In this document: in pieces, positions 10,658 to 21,340 of the stretch | Layout of the letters: every line of letters starts with the position of its first letter | Numbering within the stretch: position 1 is the stretch's first letter | NCBI GenBank assembly: GCA_963737905.1 | Contig: CAVTUQ010000022.1 | Span: forward strand, 1 to 64,000 | Direction: 5' to 3' | From: an uncultured delta proteobacterium | GTDB lineage: Bacteria > Desulfobacterota > Binatia > UBA9968 | Length of the DNA: 64,000 bases | The notes under the pieces: model-generated | Seen by the model: only the letters and a program-made list of their open reading frames with translations | The model's database searches: none | What the model was told of the DNA's origin: nothing | Translations under genes and position numbers: made by a program

Positions 10658-13288
10658 ATGGCCCGGGAAGAACGTAGCGCCATTGCCATCCCTGAAAGCT
10701 CAACTATCACCTTTGCCGATTTAGTCGCTGAAAGTGAGATCTGTGCGCTCGCTCTGGATGATTTAGGCGTGCGGCGCAACAACCGAGTTGGAATCCTGTT
10801 GCCCAATAGTCCGGCCACGATCACGACGTTCATCGGCGTTACCTCGCGCGCTACGGCGGCACCGCTTAATCCGGCCTACGGCGCTGCGGAGTTTGAGTTT
10901 TACCTCTCGGATTTGAACGTCAAGGCTCTGATGATCGATTCAACGTTGGATTCCGTGGCCAGACGCGTCGCTAAGGATCTTGGTATTCCGGTTCTCGATA
11001 TTGCACCGCTCGCGGCTGGATCAGCTAGGTTTTCTGGGTCGCCGGGTAAGAGAAATGAGGCCGTTTTGGCTAGGGACGCTGTTCAGATTGATGACGTTGC
11101 TCTTGTGCTTCACACCTCAGGCACGACATCCAAGCCTAAAATTGTTCCGTTGACTCACGCGAATATTTTGTCTTCGACAGAAAATATTATACGCACCCTC
11201 AACCTGAGCTCTGCAGACCGCTGTTTGACCATAATGCCGTTGTTTCATATTCACGGGATCATGGTTACGCTTTCGGCGCTGCTGGCCGGCGGCCAAGTCT
11301 GTCCTGTAGGATTCGATCCGCAGCAATTTTTTGCGATCGTCGACGAATTCAAACCGACCTGGTACTCCGCCGTACCCACGATGCATCAGGCGATTCTCAG
11401 AATGGCCGCCTCGTTTAGCGGTGCTGTCGAGCGCTCCAGGCTACGTTTTATACGTTCGTCGTCGGCTTCTTTGCCCGTGCGAGTCAAGGCGGAACTGGAA
11501 AAAGTGTTTAATGCGCCGATGATTGAAGCCTATGGGATGACCGAGGCTGCCCACCAGATGGCGAGCAATCCGTTGCCGCCTAAGGAACAGAAGCCCGGAT
11601 CCGTCGGATTGGCGGCGGGACCGCAGATAGCCATCATGGATGACCGGGGCAAGATACTTTCTGCGGGAGAGACCGGCGAAATCGTGATTCGTGGGCCGAA
11701 TGTATTCCAGGGGTACGCGAATAATCAACGTGCGGCCGCGGAGGCTTTCAGCGCCGGCTGGTTTAGGACCGGGGATCAAGGATATTTCGATGCCGAGGGT
11801 TATCTTTTTCTTACCGGCCGGCTAAAGGATATTATCAACCGCGGCGGCGAGAAAATTTCACCAGCCGAGCTAGACGAAGTCCTCCTCAGTCATCCAGCCA
11901 TCGAACAGGCAGTCACATTTCCGGTTCCCCATCCGACTCTTGGTGAAGACGTGGCAGCCGCGGTTATTGCGCGGCAAGGGGTTGCGGTCAGCGAAAAGGA
12001 GGTTCGCGACTATGTTGCCGCGCGCATAAGTGGTTTTAAGGTACCGCAACGAGTGCTGATCGTCACGAAGATTCCTAAGGGCTCTACTGGTAAGATCCAA
12101 CGCCGCAGCGTCGCGGAAAAATTAGGCCTGCTGGATCCCAGCGCCACAGAACTTAAGGCAGATTCGACGGTCGCCGCTCTCGCGGGAACCTTGGAGTCCC
12201 AGTTGGTTCAACTTTGGGAAGAACTTCTAGGGGTTCGTCATGTTGGCATTCATGACAATTTTTTTGAACTTGGCGGCGATTCCTTACTTGCCGTCCAAAT
12301 GATGTTGCGGTTTGAGAGGCTCGTCGGCAAGCGAGTCCCATTGACGACCCTTTTTGCCGGCCCGACAGTATCGCAGTTATGCCACGCTGTGCATTCTAAC
12401 CGTTTTGGCGAGTTTTCATCTCTTGTTGTCGAGCTTAATTCGAGCGGGACCCTACCGCCGCTGTTTTTCCTCCACGGAGACATCATGGGTGGAGGCTTTT
12501 TTAGCTTAAATCTCGCGCAAACCGTAGGTTCGAATCGACCCATGTACGTTCTCAATCCTCACGGGTTGAACGGCGAATCGATACCCAAATCGGTAGAGGA
12601 AATGGCTGCTTCCTATGTGCAGATTCTTCGGACCGTCCAACCCCAAGGGCCGTATTGGTTGAGCGGTTATTGTAAAGGCGGGGTGGTGGCTTTCGAGATG
12701 GCCCGTCAACTTGAACAAAATGGTGAAGCCGTGGCCTCGGTTTTGATGATTGCCGCGTCCGGATGGAAGAAGCGGTATCGATCTCTTAGATTGATGACCA
12801 AGCTCATCGCGCTTTTGAAGGGGCTCAACGAGGATCAGCGGCTGGAATTGTTTAATAAAGGGCGTTATCGGTTTCCTTTCAGCGAGGAGCTTCAGCGCTA
12901 TTATTTGCGCCGGATAGGAGAATTTCGGACGATGCGATTAGGCGATCAGCTAAAATGCCTTGTTAACAAGTTTAGAAAGGAAATTCAGAAACCTACGTCG
13001 GCTTCGCTCGATGAGAAAAAACTCAATTTTGAAAACACTGTTAATCAGACTCAATTCCAAATTCTTGATCTTGCTCATACGAAAGCTCTTGAGGCGCATA
13101 TGCCAGGGCGGTATTCGGGTAAGTTAGCGCTATTATGGCCGCTGGAGGATCGAATGCGCGTGGCAGAAGAATGGAAACGAGTTGCCCCGACGATAGAAAT
13201 CCACAGGGTACCGGGGAGCCATACGGATTGTGTGACGACGCACGTGACCAGCCTCGGGAAGTGCATGAAAGCGTGGCTCGATAAATGA
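10658..13288 (+). CDS. Stand-alone adenylation-carrier-thioesterase (A-T-TE) protein with an oxalate-CoA-ligase-like A domain
   Basis: LHTSGTTSKPK, YGMTE and FRTGD (ANL family); FFELGGDSL (phosphopantetheine site); GYCKGG and VPGSH (thioesterase). The true start may be slightly upstream (~10593) behind a frameshift. Confidence 0.88.
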   Translation: MAREERSAIAIPESSTITFADLVAESEICALALDDLGVRRNNRVGILLPNSPATITTFIGVTSRATAAPLNPAYGAAEFEFYLSDLNVKALMIDSTLDSVARRVAKDLGIPVLDIAPLAAGSARFSGSPGKRNEAVLARDAVQIDDVALVLHTSGTTSKPKIVPLTHANILSSTENIIRTLNLSSADRCLTIMPLFHIHGIMVTLSALLAGGQVCPVGFDPQQFFAIVDEFKPTWYSAVPTMHQAILRMAASFSGAVERSRLRFIRSSSASLPVRVKAELEKVFNAPMIEAYGMTEAAHQMASNPLPPKEQKPGSVGLAAGPQIAIMDDRGKILSAGETGEIVIRGPNVFQGYANNQRAAAEAFSAGWFRTGDQGYFDAEGYLFLTGRLKDIINRGGEKISPAELDEVLLSHPAIEQAVTFPVPHPTLGEDVAAAVIARQGVAVSEKEVRDYVAARISGFKVPQRVLIVTKIPKGSTGKIQRRSVAEKLGLLDPSATELKADSTVAALAGTLESQLVQLWEELLGVRHVGIHDNFFELGGDSLLAVQMMLRFERLVGKRVPLTTLFAGPTVSQLCHAVHSNRFGEFSSLVVELNSSGTLPPLFFLHGDIMGGGFFSLNLAQTVGSNRPMYVLNPHGLNGESIPKSVEEMAASYVQILRTVQPQGPYWLSGYCKGGVVAFEMARQLEQNGEAVASVLMIAASGWKKRYRSLRLMTKLIALLKGLNEDQRLELFNKGRYRFPFSEELQRYYLRRIGEFRTMRLGDQLKCLVNKFRKEIQKPTSASLDEKKLNFENTVNQTQFQILDLAHTKALEAHMPGRYSGKLALLWPLEDRMRVAEEWKRVAPTIEIHRVPGSHTDCVTTHVTSLGKCMKAWLDK

Positions 13289-13420
13289 GATCCTTCCAGG
13301 GATTAAGCCTTGGGGATTAACTAGACGGACATTTGCGTGCGGCCGGTGCAGCGTGAAGGATAACAGCAATCCCTCCATTTCCGCTGCGGTCCTTAGTGCC
13401 TTAATTCGAATCGCATTACT

Positions 13421-14545
13421 GTGAATCATTTTCATCAAATGCTCACCGCGAAATCTTTTGGCGGAGCGAACACGATTGCTTTGAATCTTACCGCTGCTCT
13501 GCGCGACCGCGGAAAACAAAGTTCTGTCTGGATTCCAGGTGAGGGACCCGCCAAAGCCAAAGCTGAAGAAATGGGATTAACGTGGCGTCTATACGATCCT
13601 ACCCGAGCTCTAGCATCTTCAAGGCTGAGTTCGACGGTATGTAACTGGATCGTTGGTCGACAACTGTGTTCATATCGCCCGGGTTTGATTCACGTGCATG
13701 CCCCACACTTCTACAGAGCGTTACTGCCTGCATTGAGAGTGTCCCGATTAAAAACCGTTGTTCACGTTCATTTGGAAGAGGCACAGAACAGTCTACGATG
13801 GGCTCTCAGAACCCCTCCCCAGGTGATTATCACCTGTGCGCGCTTTCTCGTAGATCAGGTTCGTAATGCCCTTCCCGAACACCTTCAATGCAGTCAATCT
13901 ATTGTTGCTGTTCCTAATGCTGTGGATATGGACCGATTTCATCCGGGAGATAAGGATTCAGCGAAACAGAAAGTCGGCGCTCCGCGGAACAGTCCGTTGA
14001 TCTTGTTTGTGGCAAATCTTGCTCCACATAAAGGTCACGAAACCGGCATTCGTGCCGTAGCGATTTTGAAGGAAAGAGGTGTAAACGCGTGGCTGTGGTT
14101 CGCTGGTATTGAGCGCGGCGGTAGCTTTGAATATACGGAGCGGTTAAAGAGGCTTTGTGGTGAATTAGGGTTAGCCAATCGAGTGCGATTCTTAGGTCAA
14201 CGGAGCGACGTTCCCGAATTACTGCGAGCTGCGGATTGCGTGATTCTGCCGTCTACTGCGGAAGGGTTGCCGTTGTCCCTTATAGAAGCCCAGGCTTCGA
14301 AGGTGCCTGTACTAGCGGCGCCAACTGCCGGAATACCAGAGATTATTGCTCACGGGAAAACTGGCTTTCTTGTACCTGCGGATGATGCGGCCGGCTACGC
14401 TGACAACCTTTATTATTTACTCGATAATCGATCTTTGTATGCACAAATCGCAAAAACTGCGTACTCAGCAGTTGTGCGAGAGTATGGTTGGAAAACTTAT
14501 ATTGAAAGAATCTGGGGAGTTTACCAAGCTCTCCTACAGAGTTAA
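13421..14545 (+). CDS. Glycosyltransferase family 4
   Basis: FGGA at the N-terminus, VPNAVD, NLAPHKG, EGLPLSLIEA. Confidence 0.92.
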   Translation: MNHFHQMLTAKSFGGANTIALNLTAALRDRGKQSSVWIPGEGPAKAKAEEMGLTWRLYDPTRALASSRLSSTVCNWIVGRQLCSYRPGLIHVHAPHFYRALLPALRVSRLKTVVHVHLEEAQNSLRWALRTPPQVIITCARFLVDQVRNALPEHLQCSQSIVAVPNAVDMDRFHPGDKDSAKQKVGAPRNSPLILFVANLAPHKGHETGIRAVAILKERGVNAWLWFAGIERGGSFEYTERLKRLCGELGLANRVRFLGQRSDVPELLRAADCVILPSTAEGLPLSLIEAQASKVPVLAAPTAGIPEIIAHGKTGFLVPADDAAGYADNLYYLLDNRSLYAQIAKTAYSAVVREYGWKTYIERIWGVYQALLQS

Positions 14546-14681
14546 GCATGTACTAGAAAGAATGAAGTAGATACCCAATTGTCCCATTTGCTGAGCGAAT
14601 GCTACTAGGAGCAACCACCATTAATTTTTTTAGGCAACTACGCATTGCCCCGCAGAAATTGAAAGTAATAAGGAGGCGACC

Positions 14682-15584
14682 ATGATTGAAACAGCAAGAT
14701 TAACGCCTGGTCCAGGATTCAAGCTCATTAATTCCATTCTATACTATGGTATGAGGCTGCTGCCGTACGCGTGGTCGCGTCGAGCCATCGCGTTCGGAGT
14801 CGCCAAATGTATTGATTGGCTCCACCCGGTCGCAGGGATTGATTCTAATCAGGCCTCCCAAAAACCGGGTGATTCTATTCTAACAGCTCTGCAGCGACAG
14901 GGATGGATATGTCTTGAGCCATCACTGTCGCCATTGCAGATTAATGAGATGCAGGCGTTTCTCGCAGAGAAAAAAGTGATTAGTGGAGATCGTTCATTCC
15001 TCATAGACGAAGCTCCCGGTGATGTGCTTTGGGCCGGTTATTCGTTGAACGACGTACTTAAGTGCCCCCATGTCATATCACTGATGAATAGTCCCCAAGT
15101 GCTCCGGATTGCGCGCGCCTATCTGGGTTGTTCTCCGACTATTTCGGGCATAGGTTTAAACTGGTCTTTTCCGTCATCGGGTCAAGCAGTTGACGTGCAG
15201 TGCTTCCACCGTGATCCGGACGACTGGCGTTTTTTCAAGTTATTCGTCTATTTAACGGATGTCGATGATCACTCAGGTCCCCATGAGTTCATTGCGGGAT
15301 CGCACCGATCATCGGGACGTATTTTTTCAAAGCCATATACTGTCGAAGAAGTCGACTGTCTTTACGGCCAGGAGCGAATAATCAAAATTGTCGGTCCGAA
15401 GGGTACGACTTTCGTTGCGGACACCTGGGGTGTTCACAGAGGACAGGTGCCCACTACACAACCGCGGTTATTGTTGCAGATTCAGTATTCCATCTTACCG
15501 ATATTCAAATACAATTACCGACCTGTTCCGATTCCAAATGCGGAACTTTTGGATCCGTATACTAACCGTCTCCTGGTCGCCTGA
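14682..15584 (+). CDS. Fe(II)/2-oxoglutarate dioxygenase (phytanoyl-CoA dioxygenase-like)
   Basis: HxD motif FHRDPDD, GPHEFIAGSH, distal His in DTWGVHRG, and a downstream Arg (PRLLLQ). Confidence 0.8.
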   Translation: MIETARLTPGPGFKLINSILYYGMRLLPYAWSRRAIAFGVAKCIDWLHPVAGIDSNQASQKPGDSILTALQRQGWICLEPSLSPLQINEMQAFLAEKKVISGDRSFLIDEAPGDVLWAGYSLNDVLKCPHVISLMNSPQVLRIARAYLGCSPTISGIGLNWSFPSSGQAVDVQCFHRDPDDWRFFKLFVYLTDVDDHSGPHEFIAGSHRSSGRIFSKPYTVEEVDCLYGQERIIKIVGPKGTTFVADTWGVHRGQVPTTQPRLLLQIQYSILPIFKYNYRPVPIPNAELLDPYTNRLLVA

Positions 15585-15832
15585 GGACTCGCTACTTGAT
15601 CTATATCAAGGTTTCACAGATATCCGATTGATCGAGAAGTGTTTCCGAGCTGTGGACAATCAATATTGTTGACATTGCGCTGACGATCCTAACATTTCTC
15701 GGATTACGGGTGCCGAGCAGGCTGCAAACTCTTCACTGTTATACTGCTTTTTTGAAAGAACCATAGCCGAGATGAGCATCCGAAGGTCGCATACGGCAAC
15801 TAACCGCCTTACTCCGTGATTTTGGCGGGCCA

Positions 15833-17062
15833 ATGAGTTCAAAAAAACATTTATCGATCGTATTTGTGACGGACAAGTTTCCTTGGCCTTTAGATGATGG
15901 AGGTCAGATCCGGACATATCAGATTCTTAAAAGCCTTTCAGCTCACTTCCGAGTAATACTCGTTGCCCTCTCTCCTCCTTTTCCCAACTGTGAGGAGCCG
16001 ATCCGGAATTTAGGAGTCGAGATCGTGAATTTTTCTCGAAACCGGCCGTCTTGGACAATGCTATTCTACATAGTAAGCGCGCTGTTCACAAGGCGTCCTT
16101 ATCCGCTGCCGAAAAACTTCTCTCCTAAGATCCTTGGAGAGATCCGTCGTCGCATGCATGTGGGAGACGTCCACGCGCTTCACTTGAATCACCTGGATGC
16201 GGCTCAATATATAGAATGGCTGGATGGAGCGTCGTCGCAGGTTAAAATTGTATTTGATACCCATAATCTTCTCACTTCCTTCTATGCCCAGCTAGTAAGG
16301 TCCGAACGCAACGTGTTGCGCAGGGGCTATTCTTGGATCCAATGGCGAAAAATGCGTTCTTATGAACACACCATTATGCGCAAAACGGACTGCGTGGTTG
16401 TCTGTTCCGAGCCGGAGAGGCAAATGCTACGCGACTGGGGAGTTAAGACGGGTTTCGTTGTGCCCAATGGGGTTGACACCCAATTCTTTACGCCGACACC
16501 GTCGCGTTTGCGGCTCGATGGACAACCGCTACATATGGTCTTCACAGGCGCAATGGACTATTTGCCAAATGCCGACGGAATACGATGGTTTCTCCGGTCG
16601 GTCTTGCCTAAACTAGACGATGTAGCGATAGCCTATAAACTGACTGTCGTAGGCAAGAATCCTCCTGCAGATCTTCGAGCCTGGGAGACCCCTGGGAAAA
16701 TTGAATTTACTGGTCGAGTCGAGGACGTCAGGCCGTATACCCGTTCCGCCGATGTGTTCGTTGTTCCGCTACAAGTTGGCGGAGGCACCCGGCTAAAAAT
16801 ACTAGAGTCGCTGGCGATGCAAGTTCCCGTCGTCTCGACGCGTTTGGGAGCGGCGGGCTTGGACCTGGAAGATGGCATTCACTTGCGACTGGCTGACGAT
16901 GCCGCCACAATGGTGCATGCAATCACGGAACTGTGCGCTTTACCGGATCGCGCTCAGGAGATGGCACGACGTGGACGGCAAAAAGTGCTTGAAAGTTATG
17001 ACTGGGCGGCGGTGACGCTGCCTCTATGCCAGTATTATGGCAAAGCGTTGTCAGAAAATTAA
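15833..17062 (+). CDS. Glycosyltransferase family 4 (XrtA-system-associated type)
   Basis: FPWPLDDGGQIR, VPNGVD, FTGAMDYLPN, GGGTRLKILES. Confidence 0.9.
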   Translation: MSSKKHLSIVFVTDKFPWPLDDGGQIRTYQILKSLSAHFRVILVALSPPFPNCEEPIRNLGVEIVNFSRNRPSWTMLFYIVSALFTRRPYPLPKNFSPKILGEIRRRMHVGDVHALHLNHLDAAQYIEWLDGASSQVKIVFDTHNLLTSFYAQLVRSERNVLRRGYSWIQWRKMRSYEHTIMRKTDCVVVCSEPERQMLRDWGVKTGFVVPNGVDTQFFTPTPSRLRLDGQPLHMVFTGAMDYLPNADGIRWFLRSVLPKLDDVAIAYKLTVVGKNPPADLRAWETPGKIEFTGRVEDVRPYTRSADVFVVPLQVGGGTRLKILESLAMQVPVVSTRLGAAGLDLEDGIHLRLADDAATMVHAITELCALPDRAQEMARRGRQKVLESYDWAAVTLPLCQYYGKALSEN

Positions 17063-17114
17063 CGCTACTTTTAGTGTGCTTCCTTAGTAGACTGACTTAA
17101 TTCAATAACTTCCG

Positions 17115-18425
17115 ATGCTACGTCTCGCCATATTTTTGATAGCTGCCGCTATAGGCACATATTACGCGCTTCAAGCGCCATTCTATGCGTTACTGTGCTA
17201 TTTAGCTAACGCCTACTTTCGACCGGAAGATTGGGTCTGGGGAGATTTTGTAAGATCGCTTCGTTTGTCTTTTGTCATAGGGCTCTATGTTATCGTGTCC
17301 ACCGTTCTGTCGCGGCACCGCCTAGCGTGGAACGGCAGGATTGCTCTTCTCTGGTCGTTTCTCTTCCTCGCGTTTTTATCGTCTCTCTTGTCGGAGCATT
17401 CTACTTATAGTTGGCCCTACGTGATCGAATTTGTAAAAGTAATTGTGATGACTCATCTAATCGTCACGTTGACGGATGACTTTGCAAAGTTTCGGCTAGT
17501 AAGTCTTACCATCGTTCTGGGCTTAGGACTGGAGCAGGGCAAGCAGGGGTGGTTCTATCTCCTGGCTTCTCCCGGAGGGGCTAACAATAATCCAGTGGCT
17601 TTCCTCGGAGATAATAACGGAACGGCGGTAGGGATGTTGATGCTGGTTCCATTGGCCGGTCTTGTGATGCAAACAAGTCAGAGCAAGTGGGTAAAGCGGT
17701 TTTTCGGCGGATTACTTATCGGATGCGTCTATAGGGCGCTGTCTACTTATTCAAGAGGAGGCTTTCTTGCGGCGATCGCTATGGGCGGGGTATGGATCCT
17801 ACGAACCCGTCACAAGGTCCGCAATTTGCTCGGAACGTTAGTGGTTCTTGTCATTGTTCTGCCGGCACTTCCGGATGCCTTTTGGAACCGAATGGGTACG
17901 ATCCGGACATATGAAGAAGAAGAGGACAAATCCGCTATAGGAAGATTTCATTTCTGGTCGGTTGCGGGAGACATGGCGGCGCGTAATCCGATTCTTGGCA
18001 TAGGGTTCAATAGCTATAATAAAGCCTACGACGCTTATGATTTTTCCGCCGGAAAGTATGGGAACGAGCGGTCGGTGCACAGCAGCTTTTTCGGTGTCCT
18101 AGCTGAATTAGGATATGTTGGCCTCTTTCTGTACGTGCTTATCCTTTTGAGTGCGTTTAGGGCTTGTGCTCACGTGAGAAGAGTTGCCTCTAGGAATGAG
18201 GCGCTGGTAGATTTGGGAAAGGGTGCGGTCGCCCTTCAAACGAGCTTAGTTGCGTTTGTCGTAGGGGGAAGCTTTGTTCCCTTCCAATATAATGAGATTC
18301 TCTGGCACGTAATCGGGTTATCGATGGTGCTGAGGCGACTTGCCGCACAACAAGAACAAGTCCTGTCGACCAAATTGATGGTAAAACAACCGCCTTCTCC
18401 CGTGCGAGATCCTTTCGCCGCTTAG
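17115..18425 (+). CDS. O-antigen ligase/Wzy_C family membrane protein (putative O-glycosylation ligase, XrtA-associated type)
   Basis: About 10-12 hydrophobic segments; YFRPEDWVW, GDNN, TYSRGGFLA, HSSFFGVLAELG. Confidence 0.85.
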   Translation: MLRLAIFLIAAAIGTYYALQAPFYALLCYLANAYFRPEDWVWGDFVRSLRLSFVIGLYVIVSTVLSRHRLAWNGRIALLWSFLFLAFLSSLLSEHSTYSWPYVIEFVKVIVMTHLIVTLTDDFAKFRLVSLTIVLGLGLEQGKQGWFYLLASPGGANNNPVAFLGDNNGTAVGMLMLVPLAGLVMQTSQSKWVKRFFGGLLIGCVYRALSTYSRGGFLAAIAMGGVWILRTRHKVRNLLGTLVVLVIVLPALPDAFWNRMGTIRTYEEEEDKSAIGRFHFWSVAGDMAARNPILGIGFNSYNKAYDAYDFSAGKYGNERSVHSSFFGVLAELGYVGLFLYVLILLSAFRACAHVRRVASRNEALVDLGKGAVALQTSLVAFVVGGSFVPFQYNEILWHVIGLSMVLRRLAAQQEQVLSTKLMVKQPPSPVRDPFAA

Positions 18426-18440
18426 TCTTTGGTTTCTTTT

Positions 18441-19544
18441 ATGCGGATTCTGCACGTCGTGCCATCCTTTGGTCTTGGTGGGATGGAGAAAATCATGTGT
18501 GCGATAATCAATGCTTCGACGAATGAGCATCAGCATGCAATCTTGTCGCTCGATGGATGTGCCAGTGCGCTCACGTGGATTTCAGGTAGTCGAGTTCAGA
18601 TGATTCCGTTCCGCAAGTACAAATCAAGGAGATTGTTCTTCTGTTCGCTATACAAGACATTGTGCCAGAATCGTCCCGACTTACTGATGACCTACAATTG
18701 GGGGGCTATTGACGCGATTTGGCTCGGGCGCTTAGCAAGCATTTCAAATATCATACACCACGAACATGGTTTTAATGTGGATGAGGGCGTTTCGACGGCA
18801 TGGCGGAGAGACGTGATCCGGTTTATCGTTTACCGACTCGTGTCTAAGGTTGTCGTCGTATCGCATGAGTTGGAGGAGATGCTGCGTAGCCGGTTCCGGC
18901 TCTCGGAATCGGCCGTTACCCGCATTTCAAATGGGATTGATACTTCTTTTTATTCGCCGAGCGAAGGGGAGCGACAGCAAATGCGGGCATCACTGGGTTA
19001 TCAGGAATCGGACCTAGTAATTGGATTTTCTGGACGTCTCGATCCCATAAAAAACCTTACTCTGTTACTTGAAGTGTTCCGGAGTAGCAATCCACGTAAG
19101 TATCCTGTTCGTCTATTGGTCGTCGGCGATGGCCCAGATCGACTGCGTCTAGAGGCTCACTGTGACTCTTCAGGATTGCGTTCCTACGCCATGTTTGTCG
19201 GCGAGCAAACTGAGGTGCTGCCGTATTTGCGAGCCATGGATGTGTTTTTATTAACGTCTTTACGTGAGCAGATGCCTCTGACGGTTCTAGAAGCCATGGC
19301 GGTGGGAATGCCGGTGATTGCAACTCGGGTGGGGGAACTTCCCTACATCATTGATGACGGCACAGACGGTTTTATTCGAGATCTGTATGCCACCGCTGAG
19401 CCATTGGCGAAAGCGTTAGGTGCGCTTCTCTGCTCATCGAGGCGAAAGGTAATGAGTGCTGCTGCACGACAAAAAGTTTTAACGAAATTTCGTCAGCAAA
19501 CGATGCTGAAACACTACCTCGATTTGATTCGGCAGTTCGCTTAA
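18441..19544 (+). CDS. Glycosyltransferase family 4
   Basis: MRILHVVPSFGLGGMEK, HHEHG, SNGID, GRLDPIKN, EQMPLTVLEAMA. Confidence 0.92.
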   Translation: MRILHVVPSFGLGGMEKIMCAIINASTNEHQHAILSLDGCASALTWISGSRVQMIPFRKYKSRRLFFCSLYKTLCQNRPDLLMTYNWGAIDAIWLGRLASISNIIHHEHGFNVDEGVSTAWRRDVIRFIVYRLVSKVVVVSHELEEMLRSRFRLSESAVTRISNGIDTSFYSPSEGERQQMRASLGYQESDLVIGFSGRLDPIKNLTLLLEVFRSSNPRKYPVRLLVVGDGPDRLRLEAHCDSSGLRSYAMFVGEQTEVLPYLRAMDVFLLTSLREQMPLTVLEAMAVGMPVIATRVGELPYIIDDGTDGFIRDLYATAEPLAKALGALLCSSRRKVMSAAARQKVLTKFRQQTMLKHYLDLIRQFA

Positions 19545-20121
19545 ATTATCGGTACAAGATCTTTTTCCACGAGTGAAAGCTTTGCTACGCAAGCTAGTGC
19601 ACGTGCTGAAGCCTATAAACAAAGTCAGCGCGATGTTGCTGAGCGAATTATCGGGTTGTAAACGAGTGAACGCTGTGAAAACTTTGCCAATGTGAAAATA
19701 CCCGGTGGTGGAGCGCTCGGTTCCGTCCCTCGCTAGCACCATCGCAAAGCCGGTCCCTAATGGTGCTCTTTGGTCGCTTTTATACCTAACTAACGTCTCG
19801 GTGCGGTGCGGCCTAACGTATAGCGCTTTATCCCCAAACCCTGAAAGCAATCAAGTCGCGGAATAATCTGCGTCGGATCGACGGGGGATAAAACGTGTTG
19901 GACTAAACCGCGGAGCAACGCGTCAGTTAGGCTATGCAGATTGTAAAGCCGCACAGCCGAGCAGAGTGTGACGCTTTGTTAGCGATAGATCGGCATGCGG
20001 GTGAAGGTCGCGTTCGGCGCCGATAGGTTTTCTGTGATGGCGACGGCGCAATGAGGCTTCGGCGCCAGTTTTCGCACAGGCAGACACACCCGTGCGAAGA
20101 CCGCAGGTTGACAGTTGGGAA

Positions 20122-21325
20122 TTAAACGGGCTTAAGAGCGAATAAGGCTTTTTCATGAGGAATCCATCGGGGAGAGCTTGATGTACGGGGCAGTTCCCCC
20201 ACGACGATCATGGTTCCCTTGTGGCAGCACGGGCAGGGACTGAGATTGACGCCGATGATTTCTCGCAGCAAGTCTATGGCTGATTGATTGGGGCTTTGGG
20301 GCAAAGCGGGATCAAGTTTCAGAAGTTTGCGGCATTGAGTCAGTGCCCGTTTCTTAGAGCGGTTGGCTAAGAAGCCGAAGTGATGGATGCGCATAAAGCA
20401 TTCGGGCAAGACATGGAGGAGAAAACGCCGGATGAATTCATGGGCATCAAGGGGCAAGGGCTTCTTTCTATCTCCATCTTTGCGATCTCTATAACTCAAG
20501 GTGACCTGGCCGTTTTGGACGTTGAGGATGCGGTCATTGGACGGAGCCACGCGGTGGGTGTAGCGGCCGAGGTAATCAAGCACGGTCTGTGGGGAAGCGA
20601 AAGGTTTTTTTGCGTAAACCACCCAATTCTTTTTCCACAAGGTCTGGGTATCCCTGTTAGCCGCTGGGATTTTTCCTTTATCACAGGCTTGTTGTAACAG
20701 GTCGAGAAACTTTCCACGAAAGACCTGGCTCAGAGCTGTGACCGGAAACAGAAAGTTTTTGCGTTCAGAGATCCAACGGTGGTGATCGAAGGACATAGCA
20801 CGGGCAGGGACCAGACAGTACAGATGAAAATGGTCATTGAGGATTTGATCCCAGGTATGAAGCACAGCGATGATCTCTACCGTTCCTTTAAAGCGCCTTT
20901 GGCCAAACTCCAGGATCGTTTCAACGACGGCTTTAAACAGGAGAGCTAACAGAATCTTTTTGTGGGCGAGAATGAGCCGGTTCAGCTCGTGCGGTAGGGT
21001 GAAGACCAGATGGAAGTACCCCCACTGGCAAAAGCTCAGAGGTTTGCTTTTGAAGCCACTTGGCCTTGGCCAGGGACTGGCATTTCGGGCAGTGGCGGTT
21101 ACGGCAGGAGTTATAGGTCGGGTGCTCAAAGCCGCACGTGTCGCACTGTTTGAGATGCCCTCCCAGCTCTTGGGTGCGACAGAGCTCAACGGCCCGCATC
21201 ACCTTGAGATGGTAGGTTGGCAAACGATCCGCACGGCGGTAGATCTCCCCGTGTTGGCGAAAAATGTCGGCTAGCTCGGGGCGCGCCTTTCTTACTCCTG
21301 CCCGCCCATGTTCGAGAGGCAGCAA
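20122..21325 (-). pseudogene. IS91-family (Y2/HUH) transposase with zinc-binding domain
   Basis: ELADIFR...CRTQELGGH...YNSCRNRHCPKCQ, YFHLVFTLPHEL, VLHTW, YLGRYTHRVA, EFIRRFLLHVLP. Frameshifted, and the HUH region reads HFHLY. Confidence 0.85.
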
Positions 21326-21340
21326 AGGCGAAGGCGCCTT

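Noticed and set aside
13297-13322. Short GGGATTAA repeat after the A-T-TE gene
   Set aside because: Two 8-bp copies are within chance expectation.
19479-19850. 123-aa minus-strand ORF next to the element
   Set aside because: No motif or clear RBS, and it overlaps the GT4 end; treated as spurious.
19811-19932. Full attC site formed by GCCTAAC...GTTAGGC
   Set aside because: GTTAGGC lies inside the element end, overlapping its CATAGCC motif, and the sequences next to the two boxes do not pair. No cassette array is present.
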